A stretch of 61,101 bases of DNA from Octopus bimaculoides (Eukaryota). The translations under genes and the position numbers were made by a program. Location of the stretch: NCBI RefSeq assembly GCF_001194135.2, contig NC_068985.1, positions 105,951,234 to 106,012,334 of the forward strand, read 5' to 3'. Every line of letters starts with the position of its first letter. The first letter of the stretch is position 1. The notes under the pieces are model-generated. The model was not told the DNA's origin. It worked only from the letters and a program-made list of their open reading frames with translations, and ran no database searches. This document shows positions 35,491 to 47,831 of the stretch, in pieces.

Positions 35491-35837
35491 TTTAAATTAG
35501 GTAATGCACACTGAGGTCTAGCTCTCCATCGGTTATGAGGACAAGTGTGCCAGTTGATGTGATCAACCAAGCCTGCTCATGAAATTAACTTGCAAGTGGC
35601 TGAGTGCTCCACAGACATGTACCTTAATGTATTTAAGGAGATTCGGCATAATACAAAATGTACAAAGTTGGCCCTTTAAATTTCAGGTATAACTCATTCT
35701 TGCCAGGTGGATCAGTGAGAAATTAAAGTCTCTTGCTCAAAGACACAATGGAATTGTTCAAGGATCGACCAATGTACAGTGTAGAACAGAAATAAAGAGT
35801 ATTTCTTAGCATTGGTTTTCAGAAATTTTAGTTTCTT

Positions 35838-35842
<5 letters not shown>

Positions 35843-35872
<30 letters not shown>
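35843..35872. repeat. (CT)n microsatellite
   Basis: Direct observation. Confidence 0.95.
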
Positions 35873-35875
<3 letters not shown>

Positions 35876-36159
35876 ATATCATTATCATCATCCTTTATCA
35901 TCCATTTTCCTTGCCGGCATGAGTTGGACAGTTTGACTGAAAACTAGTTAGCTGGGGAACTGCACTAGGTTCCAATCTGATTTGGCATGGGTCTTAACAT
36001 GCAAGTGGCTGATCACTCCAAAGACCTTAACGTAGTTCTCAGAAAGATTCAGTATGACACAGAATGTGACAATGTTGGTCTTTTGAAATACAAGTACTAC
36101 TCATTTTTACCAGCTGAGTGGACTGGAATCTAAGTCCTGTGTGCTCTTAGTGCTTATTG

Positions 36160-36370
36160 TTTCTGCACATCTACCACATACAAAGACAACTTTATCTGTT
36201 AATCTATCTGTGATTCCACTGTACCTCTTATATGTCCATAGTTTACACTGGGTACAGTGAGTGGAATTTCTTCCAACTCCTTTCCTACATATTGAGCGGG
36301 TCTATTTACCAGATGGAAAGAGAGTTTTATCTTCTTTCTTACTAACAACTTTGGTCATTGCTAGATTTAA
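36160..36370 (-). mobile_element. RTE-clade LINE fragment (Cys-rich finger region)
   Basis: TKVV...PSGK*TRSICRKGVGRNSTHCTQCKLWTYKRYSGI...FVCGRC with a stop. Confidence 0.6.
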
Positions 36371-36734
36371 AAAAATTTTTTTTAATGTTTTCAAAAAAAT
36401 CAAAAGCTAAAGTTGAAGTAGAAAATTAAATAAAAAACATGAGAATACATACAAATCATTTATTGAAACATATAAGCTAATAAACTTTTAATAATATTTT
36501 TTTAGTGTTACATTGTTTTTTGAGTTAACTCGCATATCTTGGAACCAATTATCCACATAAGTTGACGTAGGCAAGTACTATGAAGTAGATTGTCCAAGAT
36601 TGGAGAGTGGGAAGTAAGCCAAGTGCATGAAGTGGAAATGTGAGGAAGAGAAGAAATGTAGAGATGTAGTTTGGTTTGTCGTGATAGAGTGTTTGAGAAA
36701 TTTTCTTAAGTGTGGGTGGAACACACAGCGCTTC

Positions 36735-36845
36735 TAGATGCAGAAGAATTTTAACTTGCACATAACAAATAGCCATCAGATGCAGAAGAATTTTAGCTTT
36801 ATCATCAGATGCAGAAGAATTTTAGTTTGGACATAACAAATAACA
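36735..36845. repeat. Short tandem repeat, 3 x (C)AGATGCAGAAGAATTTTA
   Basis: Three direct copies visible. Confidence 0.8.
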
Positions 36846-37092
36846 AGACTATCTGAAATCATAATCATCACCATCTTCCTTCTCATCATCATTGTTTTAA
36901 TGCTTGCATGGCTCAAACAGAGTTCGCTGAGGCAGATTTTCTACAGCTGGATACCCTTCCTGTTATTAATCCTCACCTATTTCCAAGCAAGGTGATATTT
37001 TTCTGTATCCAGACATGTTTATACAGAATGCTGGAAATGAATGGCACTGCTTATATGACAGTAATACACATCTTATGCAAGATCAAGAGGAG

Positions 37093-37152
<60 letters not shown>

Positions 37153-37848
37153 GAGAACGTACGAAAAAAAACAACAGACGAGGACAGGTGGTGTAAACAA
37201 CAAAAGGATGTATTAGGTTGACGCTCGGGAATAGAGAAAGTCTTTAACATTTCGAGCTACACTCTTCAACAGAAAGAATATGGAGAAAGCAAGGAGAAAA
37301 ACACAGAGAAAAAAAAATTGAATGGTGTTTGGTCAACGATCTATCATTGCTTATATATATATATACACATACATATATAACAGGCTTTTTTTGGCTTCCA
37401 TCTACTAAATCCACTCATGGTTCAAAGTTATAATAAAAGATGCTTGCCTAAAGTGCCACACAGTGGGACTGAACCTGAAAGTCATGTGGTTGGGAAGCAA
37501 ACTTCTTAATGACACAGCCATGCAAGTGTCAGTAAAATCTGACATTGGATTGATATCCAAATATACTCTTCAGTCCTACAGGAAAAAGTGAACTTAGCAC
37601 TGAAAGCTAACTAAACACTTGTTTTCTATGCTATGCTTCTGCTTCTTATACCAATGTGTTGTACCTAACACAATACTGACAACTAAGTGGACACAATGAT
37701 GTGATGATAGTAACATTTTGGCTGGCAGTGAGAAACCCTACGTTCATCAGGGATCTAACCACTCCCTTACATCAAAAGACTGGCTGTTGTGGATGTTTGG
37801 AGAAACAACAAACTACATGAATGAATTTGAGATGTTTATTATTATCAT

Positions 37849-37911
37849 CTAATTGTATTTCACTTGTGGCTTGTTGGGATTGTTTTCAGTGAGCCAGTCA
37901 GCAAGCCAAGT
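37849..37911 (-). CDS. NME5: NME5 last coding exon
   Basis: TWLADWLTENNPNKPQVKYN*. Confidence 0.95.
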   Translation of the reverse strand, partial: TWLADWLTENNPNKPQVKYN

Positions 37912-39904
37912 CTGAAATCATAAATCAATAAAAGATTAGTATAACATATTGATTGTTTCATTATTATTTTAATAAGCAAAAATGGTAAAGCATGGTACTA
38001 ACAATGTTCATTTCACTTAATAAATACCATTGTTGTTATGATGATGATGGAGGAGGAAGTGGAGGGAAGTTGTGGAAGAGGGAGACCCAGGAAGACATGG
38101 GACAAAGTACTGAAGGCCAATCTCAAAATGCTGAGCCTTACAAAAGAGGTGACAGAGGATCAAGATATATGGCACATTGCAGTACTCAAGAAGACCCGCC
38201 CACCACAAAAGAATTGAAATCCTAAAACTAAGATGCCACATGAAGAGCATTGGTGTTATGTAAACTTCAGCCCATTGTCTCTCTTGGAAACAGGATGTTG
38301 CATCAGAAAGTGCCTCTGGTCATAAGAAACTATGCCCCTGAAACAACCATAGATAGAACACCCTACTATTTTGGGGTCCTATTTTATTTATGTTTTTTCT
38401 TAACCTTGATATCTGGTGTTATTTCTATCTTATATCCTATATGCATAAGTGATTTTTAGATAATTTAAGCAGTTTGCCATTTTAAAAGTCAACGTTTTTA
38501 TTCCTATATTTATCAACCCCTCATTCATTTTGCACCTCCTATATTTATTAGGCATAACTCCTTACATGTAAATTTTATTTATAGGTAATTTTATATGTAT
38601 TTTTGTATATTTTTATATTTCTTCTATATCTATATGTATTTTTGGTTTTATTCTTTCTACCCTTGGAGAATCTTTACTCCTGTACATGCATGATTTATGT
38701 TGATATGCATAAATATATATGATTCAACTACTTTGAATATCTTCATTTATGCATTCAAGAATCTGAATAACTGCCTATCATTTGCATTTTCAATTTTCTC
38801 TACTCTGTATTTTTTCACATTGGCTCTCTATGAGTACTCCGTAAATAGGCCATACTTTTTAAAACATAATATTATATATACGGATATATATATATATGTG
38901 ATGGGCTTCTTCCAGTTTCCGTCTACCAAATCCACTCATAAGGCTTTGGTCAGCCTGAGGCTATAGTAGAAGACACTTACCTAAGGTGCCAAGCAGTGGG
39001 ACTGAACCAAGAAGTTGGGAAGCAAGCATCTTAAGAATGTATGTATTATTAAGTGAAAAGAAAGAATGAAATGAAATAAGCTACTTACTATAGGATCCAC
39101 GTGTTTCACCTTACACAATTGTGTCAGTCCTTTTAATAAGGTTGGGTTTATAAATTTTGACATATAATTATCCATTGCTCCAGGAGACAGCAAATTGTCA
39201 GGAATGCCTGTAGAAAAATTCTCATATTTATAACAGTCAGCCTAAACGATGTGGAAATCTCTTTAGAATGGTGAGATAAAATAAGAACATCTCACCATAA
39301 TACATTAAATTCTATTTTATACTTCATACTGTTAAGCATGGCATAAAACAGAACAAACAAAAACAATATGAGAAATCCCTAATGATATAAAATTAACATC
39401 GTTAAAATCAATCATATGTAACATTTATATAATGTTGGTGTATACATATCTGTTTATCTGATATCCAAAAATAAAAATGGAAAAAGAGGAACAAATAAAG
39501 AAAGAAAAAAGGAAAAGAAATATAAACAGTAACAGTACAAAAATTGGGAAAAAATGGTTAGATGGAGTTGTAATAGAGAGGGAGTGAGAGAGATACTAAG
39601 AAAGATGAGAATGCACCATTATATATATGAGAATACATTGCATAAGCAGTAACATGGAATAAACATTGTAATGAAGTTTTATGGATTTTAGATAGACAGA
39701 CTTAATGGGGATATATTGCAGAAAGCCAGACAAATATCTAGTGTGCCCTGCCCATTCTAAAGATGGCAAGTTGTGATTTCTAGTAGGCTGAATGATTATG
39801 TACACATGCTTCTATTCACATGTTTACGAAATCAAGATTTGGTGCAAGTTCAATGGGTGGCATTCATACCCCTTAGAATCATACTTCACTCAAAGCAAAA
39901 AAAA

Positions 39905-39936
<32 letters not shown>

Positions 39937-42435
39937 TGCGAGAAAAAAACAAATCCACAAAAAGAAGCAACTTACTATCTGGAAAAAAGAATTTTATTTC
40001 TTTCTCGGCACATGTAATGTTCTCACTGCCATGGACAGCATTTTGCATGTCATCAGTGCCATAGACTGCACGGATGCTGGGGAGCAGAATAAAAGGTTAT
40101 GTGATTATCAACTATCATTCTACACATGAAGAAATTATTCAAAAACAAAAGGAGGTTTGGTGAGGCAATGGCTAAACAACTATGAAATTACACTCATCAT
40201 CATTTTTTAACAGCCAGGCATGGTGCAGACATGGCTACATGGTAAAAAGTCTGCTTCTCAACCACATGGTTCTGGGTTCAGTCTCACTGTGTGGCACTTT
40301 GGGCAAGTATCTTTTACTTAGCCTCAGGCTGACCAAAGCCTTGTGAGTGGATTTGGTAGACAGAAACTAAAAGTACCCTGGTGTGTGTGTGTGTCCCTTC
40401 CCCACCACTGCTTGACAACCAACATTGGTGTGTTTACATCCCTGTAACTTAGCAGTTTGGCAAAAGGGACCAATAGAATAAATACCAGGCTTTAAAAAAA
40501 AGATAATACTGAGTTCAATTCATTGAACTAAAAGTTTTTCAGGGTGGTACCCTAGCATGGCCGCAATCTAGTGACTGAAACAAATTTTTCAATGCTTGCA
40601 CAGGTCAGACAGTATTTGGAGGCGAATATTCTACAGCCGGATGCCCTCCCTGTTACCAACCCTCACCTGGTTCCAAAGAAGGTTGTATTTCCCCATGGCA
40701 AGACGTATATTTTGTGGAAGACTGGAAACAAACAACATCGCTTGTATGACAGCGATGTTTGTTTACAATCATCACATGATGGCAAATAAGGATATACAAA
40801 CACACACATATACATATATATACAACTATATGTATATGTGTGTGTGTGTATACATATATAGGCGTAGGAGTGTATACATATATAGGCGTAGGAGTGGCTG
40901 TGTGGTAAGTAGCTTGCTTAGCAACCACATGGTCTGGGTTCAGTCCCACTGCGTGGCATCTTGGGCAAGTGTCTTCTATAGCCTCGGGCCGACCAAAGCC
41001 TTGTGAGTGGATTTGGTAGACGTAAACTGAAAGAAGCCCGTCGTATATATGTATATATATATATATATATNNNNNNNNNNNNNNNNNNNNNNNNNNNNNN
41101 NNNNNNNNNNNNNNNNNNNNNNNNNNNNNNNNNNNNNNNNNNNNNNNNNNNNNNNNNNNNNNNNNNNNNNNNNNNNNNNNNNNNNNNNNNNNNNNNNNNN
41201 NNNNNNNNNNNNNNNNNNNNNNNNNNNNNNNNNNNNNNNNNNNNNNNNNNNNNNNNNNNNNNNNNNNNNNNNNNNNNNNNNNNNNNNNNNNNNNNNNNNN
41301 NNNNNNNNNNNNNNNNNNNNNNNNNNNNNNNNNNNNNNNNNNNNNNNNNNNNNNNNNNNTATATATATATATACACATCATCATCATCATCATCATATCA
41401 TCATTTAATCATCTTCCATGCTGGCATGGGTTGGGTGGTTTAACAGGGGCTGGCCAGGTAGAAGACTACACCAAACATCTAGCTGGTTTTTACACCTAGA
41501 TGCCCTTTCTAAAACCAACCACCCTGTAGAGTGCTTTTCACATGGCACCAGCACAAGTGAGGTCAGTTTTGGCATGGTTTTTACAGCTGGATGCTGTTCC
41601 AAATGCCAACCATTTCACAGTGTAGATTGGATGCTGTTCCTTTCCAGTCTCCCACAAAATATGTCTGGCTATGGACAAATATTACCTTACTTGGAAACAG
41701 ATAAGGGTTGGTTACAAGAAGGACATCAAGCTGTAGAATATCTACCTCCAAATACTGTCTGACCTGTGCAAGCATTGAAAACTGAATCTTTTCTTTTATT
41801 TGTTTCAGTCACTAGACTGCAATCATACTGGGGCACCACCCTGAAAATTCCTTGCCTTGCAAGTTACTTGGTGGCTCTGCTGGTGATGGTGCCACATAAA
41901 TGATGGGCGTCTTTCATTTTCCATCTAGTGAACTCATCCACAAGGCTTTGGTCAGCTTGAGGTTATAATAGAGAACACTTGCCCAAGGAGCTACACAGTG
42001 GGACTGAACCCAGAACAACATGATTGGGAAACAAGCTTCTTAACTCCACCACCAATACTTGTTAGAAATAGAAACCAAATCTCCCTCAAATGACATCCTA
42101 CTATTTTTTTAAATGTGGTCCAAGACACTATATCTAAATAAAGAGAGAAAGATCACAGCTGGAACATTCAGAGCTAACCAGGGACTAAACCACAACACGA
42201 AATCATCAACAGAGCTTGTATGTGGTCCCTTAACCTCCCTTAAATCACAGCCTATTGTCTTCAAAAAATCAAGAACACATGAATAAACTATTTCTAGATA
42301 CACTAAACCTGAATAAAAATGGGATGGTCACAGATGGTTCATCAGCTGAATACTGAAAAGTCAATATAGAACAATGGGTATATACTTCACACCTAGATGG
42401 CCAATCAACTCTCAGCCTGCAATTAAATCAATTGT

Positions 42436-42469
<34 letters not shown>

Positions 42470-43073
42470 GCAGCAGCAGCAAGAGCAACTATGATACTAT
42501 AATTTCTAGAGCAGTACCTATTGTAAAGAAGAATAGGTTTTTGTAAGGTCTTGCATAAGAGCTGATTTAATTGACAAGGTAAAAATCTGGTGATGGTCTC
42601 CCATTAGCAACAATTTGTTGATAAGAAAGGTTTGTGGAAGAGTCCAATAATTTCAATTGTTATGAGAAAGAAATGGTGATAATAATGATATATGTGTGTG
42701 TGTGTGTGTATGTATGTGTGTGTGCATGCATGCATGCGTGTGTGTGTCTGTATGTGTGTGTGTGTGAGTCCCATTTTCTCAGCGTTTTTTCTTCACATCT
42801 AATGTCTCTTTTCTCATTCACTTCCTCTATCTCACTTTTCTCCATGAACATTATTATTCTTTTTATGGGGATCTCTGTTTTTTTTTTCTTTTTATTAATA
42901 AACATATAGGCGCAGGAGTGGCTGTGTGGTAAGTAGCTTGCTTACCAACCACATGGTTCCAGGTTCATTCCCACTGTGTGGCACCTTGGGCAAGTGTCTT
43001 CTACTATAGCCTCGGGCCGACCAAAGCCTTGTGAGTGGATTTGGTAGACGGAAACTGAAAGAAGCCCATCGTA

Positions 43074-43112
<39 letters not shown>

Positions 43113-45088
43113 GTGTGTATATGTTTGTGTGTCTGTGTTTGTCCTCCCAGCATCGCTTGACAAACGATGCTGGTGTGTTTACGTCACCGTAACTTAGCAG
43201 TTCGGCAAAAGACACCGATAGAATAAGTACTAGGCTTCCAAAGAATAAGTCCTGGGGTCGATTTGCTTGACTAAAAGGCGGTGCTCCAGCATGGCCACAG
43301 TCAAATGACTGAAACAAGTAAAAGAGTAAAGAGTAAGATTATATTTAAAATAAGAAGCAGAAAAGCATGAATTTCATACATAGTTCATTATTTAATTTTG
43401 CTCAACAGTTGTTTCAGCAGCATAAATATCATTAATTTCATAATTATGCAACCAAGACATACAATTAATTTAAATTAAATGAATTTGAAAGCAATTTTTA
43501 CCTAAAGCATTATGTAGTACTCCTGATGATCTGTGTAAACATTGCTTTTAAATTAATTTAATTTACATAAATTATTTATGTATCTTAATTATGTAATTAT
43601 GGATTTAATGATGCTCATTGGACACTAAACTCCGCTTGCAAAGACTTGTTGAGGCAAGTGAAATCGAAATCGAACTAAATTCGAGCGAGATCGTCGCCAG
43701 TGCCGCTGGACTGGCTCCTCTACAGGTGGCACATAAAATACACCATTTTGAGCGTGGCTGTTGCCAGTACCGCCTAACTGGTCTTCATGCTGGTGGTACG
43801 TAAAAGCACCCACTACACTCTCCGAGTGGTTGGCGTTAGGAAGGGTATCCAGCTGTAGAAACTCTGCCAAATCAGATTGGAGCCTGGTGTAGCCATCTGG
43901 TTTCACCAGTCCTCAGTCAAATCGTCCAACCCATGCTAGCATGGAAAGCGGACGTTAAACGATGATGATGATGATGATATATGTGAAATTTATGCTTTTC
44001 TGCTTTTTATTCTAAATATGTTGCTGTAAAAGATTGTTTTAGCTGATTATATACATAGATAGAAGTTGATTCAACTTTGATTTACTGCAATGTAATAACA
44101 TTGGAGTTCAACGACATTATTAATTGGGCTCTTAATGACGATGAATTCATTTTTTTTTTCTTATGTATATACTCTCTTGGTACAGATATATTTTAAAGGA
44201 ATTATGAAGTTTAGAGAACCCAAATTTGAAATAGATGATTCCTTTGAAAGGGTTGAGTCAGGCAAAAAGGAAAATCACACCAAAGAGATGTGGGTGAACT
44301 CTGCAGTGCAATTCACAAAAGGAAAGAGTAAGAGCAGATTTCCAGGCAAGCAAAAATGATGACATTTTCAGAAAATTGACTGAGCCACCATGAAATGTGA
44401 CTTTCTTGTCAAAATCCAACAACAAATGATAATAAGATTAATAATAATAATAATCCTTTCTATTATAGGCACAAGGCCTGAAATTTTGGGGGAGGGGTAA
44501 GTCAATTACATCGAACCCAGTGCTTGACTGACACTTATTTCTTTGACTCCAAAGGGATGAAAGGCAAAGTCAACCTTGGTGGAATTTGAACTTAGAACAT
44601 AAAGATGGACAAAATGCTACTTAGCATTTTGCCCAGCATGCTAATGATTGTGCCAGTAACAACAAAATAACCATGGGTATAGAAAATGAAGAAAGTGAAG
44701 ATAGGGTCAAAAGCGTGACTCACATGGTTAGTGCTTGTGAAAGTCTTGTGCAGAAAGAGTACAAGCGTAGACATGACAAGTTAGCCTAAAACCTCCGCTG
44801 ACCACTATGTTGTAAGTATGAACATGAGGTTACAGGTGCTTGGTACCAACATACACCAGGAAAGGTAATAGACAAAAAGGGGAAGACAAAGATCCTCTGG
44901 GACTTTAACTACCAGACAGACAAGATATTAGAGCACCAAAGGCCGAATATAGTAACCTTTAGGAGGGACAAACAAGAGTAATACATGTGCTTGGTGTACC
45001 CTTATCAGATGGGTAGTCATGATGGGTAAATGGGCTTCGTATGTTTTACCCCAGTGTCACTTTGATGGCATGCTTTGCTCTCTCACTC

Positions 45089-45121
<33 letters not shown>

Positions 45122-47528
45122 AATAATTTGTTTTATTGACCACAAGGGCCCAAAACATTTAAGACAATATTAAATGATGAAATACATGAAAGAATAATAA
45201 TAATAGTTTCTACCTATCTGGATAGGTTTCTCGTGCAACGAATGTATTTGTAGGCCCCATCAGCTCCTCCCAAGTAGTTAAAGCATTGTCCCTTGCTATT
45301 ATAAGGCAGATAATGGGTCCCTGGCTCATATATTCCACCAGTTTGGTGAAGAACATCTTACCAAAATGTTCACTATAGAAGTCACTGGCTTGTTCTGGTG
45401 TCATGTGAACACGGCGTCTCTGAAAGAAATAAGTTGAGATAATAGTCTCTGATTTAGGCACATGGCCTGCAATTTTGAAAGGAGAAGATTAGTCAATTCT
45501 ACTAACATCAGTATATGACGGCTACTTTACTTTACTGACACCAAAGGGAAGGCATGTAGCTTAGTGGTTAGGGTAATTGGCTCATGATTGTGAGTTTGAT
45601 TCCCAGACATGCTGTGTCTGTGAGCAGGATACTTTATTTTACGTTGCTCCAGTCCACTCAGCTTGCAAAAATGAGTTGTACCCGTAACTCAAAGGACTGG
45701 CCTAGTCACATTCTGTATCACGCTGAATCTCCCTAAGATCTACGTTAAGAGTAAGTGTGTCTGTAGAGTGCTCAGCCACTTGCACACTGATTTTATGAGC
45801 TGGCTGTTTTGTGGATCGGATCAACTGGAACTCTTGTCATCATAACTGACAAAGTGCCAGTTAAGGGAAGAAAGACAAAGCTGACCTCAGTAGGATTTGA
45901 AATACTGCAAAGGATTTTTTTGGACACTGCAGTAGTTTTGCTAGTTTGCCACATTAGTTAACGTTGATATGGCTTATTCTTGAGCAGGTAGTTGGTGATA
46001 TATGTACGTTGGGTGGGCAGTGAGTAGCATTTCCTTTAATAAGTTAATCAGGAGATGAGAGGAGAGGCAGTACCATGCTCTATAACTAGTACTACTACCT
46101 CTCTCTCACTCAGGTGACACTGATGCTGCTGCAGCTTAAAATATGCATCTAAAGATCAATGTGTGTAAAAAAATCATAGATAGGAAGAGAACCAGAGTTG
46201 TGATCCAAGCTTTCCAACAATCAAGTGGTGGTGTTAAACTTGAGGGTTATTTATATGTTAAAGAGGAGGTTGCATGTTGATAAAATTCATTATCATCCTC
46301 ATTGTCATCTTTTAATATATGTCTTACATGCTGGCATGGGTTGGACGTTTTGACAGGCTCCAGTATCTGCTTTGACATGTTTTCTATAGCTGCATACCCT
46401 TCCTAATGCCAACCACTTTACAAGAGTGTATTGCATGCTTTTTCATGGCACCAGTACTAGTGAAGTCGCCATGTGACTTACAAAACTATGATCCATTTTG
46501 ACAGACTGGGGCTGCAGTAGAGAGGGAAACAGCTTTGTGCTAGGTAATGAGGGGTTCAGAAGAGCTAAATGGCTTGACATACCCATTTCTTCTTGATTTG
46601 TCACTTCCTCTCTCAGGCCTTGAATTAATTACTTTGTGACTCTATAAGGATCGTCAAAATTCTGAGGCTTTCTACCACATCCTGACTGAAACTATTAAAA
46701 CTACTGCTACCACCACTATCATCACCATTGTCTTCTTATTTCTCCATCATTGACAACATCACAATCAATACCATAACATGAGTTAATAATGGAGCTTCTA
46801 CATAGTCATTCAACCTACATGAATCAGATGGTAAATCTCTTTTTAAAATGTATCCTACTGTCCAAAACAATTCCAGTGGCACCCTCAATAATATAGTACT
46901 GGTTGTATAAAAAAGACAAGATGGTCTTGCTTGAAATGCCTTTGACATGGAAACTTGGGGAGCCTGCAAGTGATCGCTCGACCTGCAAAAAATCGTAGTC
47001 AAATCTTTAAATCTAAACTCTACCACCTTTAATAAAGAGAAGTAGGGGCGGACCCAGGTGGAGGGCCGTGGGGCACGTGTCCTCCTCAAGAAAAGAAGTG
47101 CGTTCTTTTCTCCTGGAATTTTATTCCTTCTGACCTTGTGCTCTCACTTCGAAAAATTCCTAGGATCGCGCATGAGAAGGATACTTTAAACAAGATGGTC
47201 CACGATATAAAAACAACGGATAGTCAAGGCTAAAATGTCTTAAATTATAGATCTGTTGGATAAGGGCTGACCTAGAATATTTACTGAAAAACTCCACCAC
47301 CAATACCATCACCACCAAACAATGAAGTGGTTGGTAACCAAAAACAGAAGGAAGAGACTATCAACATATATGTGCAACATTTGAGGTACTTACATTGATA
47401 ATAGTGAAACCTGTTCGTAGAATAATATCTTCTATAACATCAGCGTATTTCACAGCTTCTGGTTTAATAATAGCTAAAGTTTTATCAACAAATGAATTGG
47501 GATGGCATCTATTTAATTTTTCAGACAT
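37849..47528 (-). CDS. NME5: Nucleoside diphosphate kinase homolog 5 (NDK domain + Dpy-30 motif; radial-spoke RSPH23 family), 207 aa
   Basis: Exons 47528-47394, 45419-45214, 40076-39976, 39207-39089, 37911-37849 (135,206,101,119,63 nt = 624), GT-AG and in frame. Motifs: KTLAIIKP, FYSEHFGKMFF, MSQGP, MGPTN, SIRAVYGTD..QNAVHGS, PTLLKGLTQLCK..DPITWLADWL..NNPNKP. AATAAA at 37840-37835. Confidence 0.96.
38040..38215 (+). mobile_element. RTE-clade LINE ORF2 C-terminal fragment
   Basis: VEGSCGRGRPRKTWDKVLKANL...EDQDIWH, the typical GRPxxTW...DRxxW end. Confidence 0.65.
39089..39207 (-). CDS. NME5: NME5 coding exon 4 (Dpy-30 motif)
   Basis: IPDNLLSPGAMDNYMSKFINPTLLKGLTQLCKVKHVDPI; CAG/GTAAGT. Confidence 0.95.
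39976..40076 (-). CDS. NME5: NME5 coding exon 3 (contains the active-site His)
   Basis: SIRAVYGTDDMQNAVHGSENITCAEKEIKFFFPD; CAG/GTAAGT. Confidence 0.96.
40222..40585 (+). mobile_element. tRNA-derived SINE (family 1, diverged)
   Basis: Similar to 42908-43337. Confidence 0.75.
40860..41050 (+). mobile_element. tRNA-derived SINE (family 1), 5' part up to the gap, with a duplicated head
   Basis: Near-identical to 42908-43080; CATATATAGGCGTAGGAGTG occurs twice. Confidence 0.85.
41071..41359. other. Assembly gap (N run) flanked by (TA)n
   Basis: N characters. Confidence 1.
41790..42050 (-). mobile_element. tRNA-derived SINE (family 1, diverged)
   Basis: Reverse-complement similarity to family 1 (CCACAAGGCTTTGGTC, GTGGGACTGAACCC). 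Confidence 0.65.
42436..42481. repeat. Compound microsatellite (AAC)n(AGC)n
   Basis: Direct observation. Confidence 0.95.
42908..43337 (+). mobile_element. Full-length tRNA-derived SINE (family 1)
   Basis: Head GGCGCAGGAGTGGCTGTGTGG (A-box-like), GGTTCATTCCC (B-box-like), CTTGGGCAAG core, internal (TA)n/(TG)n, (AAAGAGT)n tail; many related copies in the window. Confidence 0.85.
43680..43978 (+). mobile_element. Retroposon with RTE-like 3' tail ending in (GAT)n (family 2)
   Basis: ...GGCGTTAGGAAGGGTATCCAGC...CCATGCTAGCATGGAAAGCGGACGTTAAACGATGATGATG; near-identical copies at 17058-17210 and 57820-58130. Confidence 0.85.
44700..44980 (+). mobile_element. Decayed RLE-type non-LTR retrotransposon fragment (R4/Dong-like C-terminus)
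   Basis: Translates as SVTHMVSACESLVQKEYKRRHDKLA*NLR*PLCCKY...WYQHTP...KILWDFNYQTDKILEHQRPNIV: the zinc-knuckle H..C-YKxRHD region and RPD(I) endonuclease motif, with in-frame stops. Confidence 0.8.
45214..45419 (-). CDS. NME5: NME5 coding exon 2
   Basis: RRRVHMTPEQASDFYSEHFGKMFF...ARETYPD; tttctttcag acceptor. Confidence 0.96.
45555..45860 (+). mobile_element. tRNA-derived SINE (family 4)
   Basis: GGCATGTAGCTTAGTGGTTAGGG head...CCAGTCCACTCAGC...GTGCTCAGCCACTTGC body. Confidence 0.7.
47043..47174. mobile_element. Short MITE (AGGGGCGGA..CAG-type TIR)
   Basis: TAGGGGCGGACCCAGG ... CCTAGGATCGCGCATG imperfect inverted ends; GC-rich. Confidence 0.5.
47394..47528 (-). CDS. NME5: NME5 coding exon 1
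   Basis: MSEKLNRCHPNSFVDKTLAIIKPEAVKYADVIEDIILRTGFTIIN; GTAAGT donor. Confidence 0.92.
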
Positions 47529-47817
47529 TGTTGAAGTTTTATTTCAGTTATGGCTCTATATATTCAATAATCTCTCTCTCTCTCTCTCAAACTATCCCTA
47601 TCTTTTCTCTATATTTTTCTTTTTCATTAAATTACTCAACACTCGCTCTCTTATTTTCTTTCTCCTTTTCACTCTCTCCCCCTATTCCCCTCCCTCTCTT
47701 TCAAACCTTTTGTCTTTGTCTCTCTTTTTCTCCCCGTCTTTCTCTCTCTCTCCTCAGCTTTATCTTTCTCATTCATTTACTATTCGTTCCCTTCTTTCCA
47801 ACATTGTTGTGTTAGTA

Positions 47818-47831
47818 GTTGCTATGACAGC
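47818..47831. promoter_or_regulatory. Candidate X-box (RFX site) upstream of NME5
   Basis: GTTGCTATGACAGC has one mismatch to the relaxed X-box consensus RTHNYYWTRRNRAC; adjacent TGACGTAG is CRE-like; lies between two ciliary genes. Confidence 0.45.
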
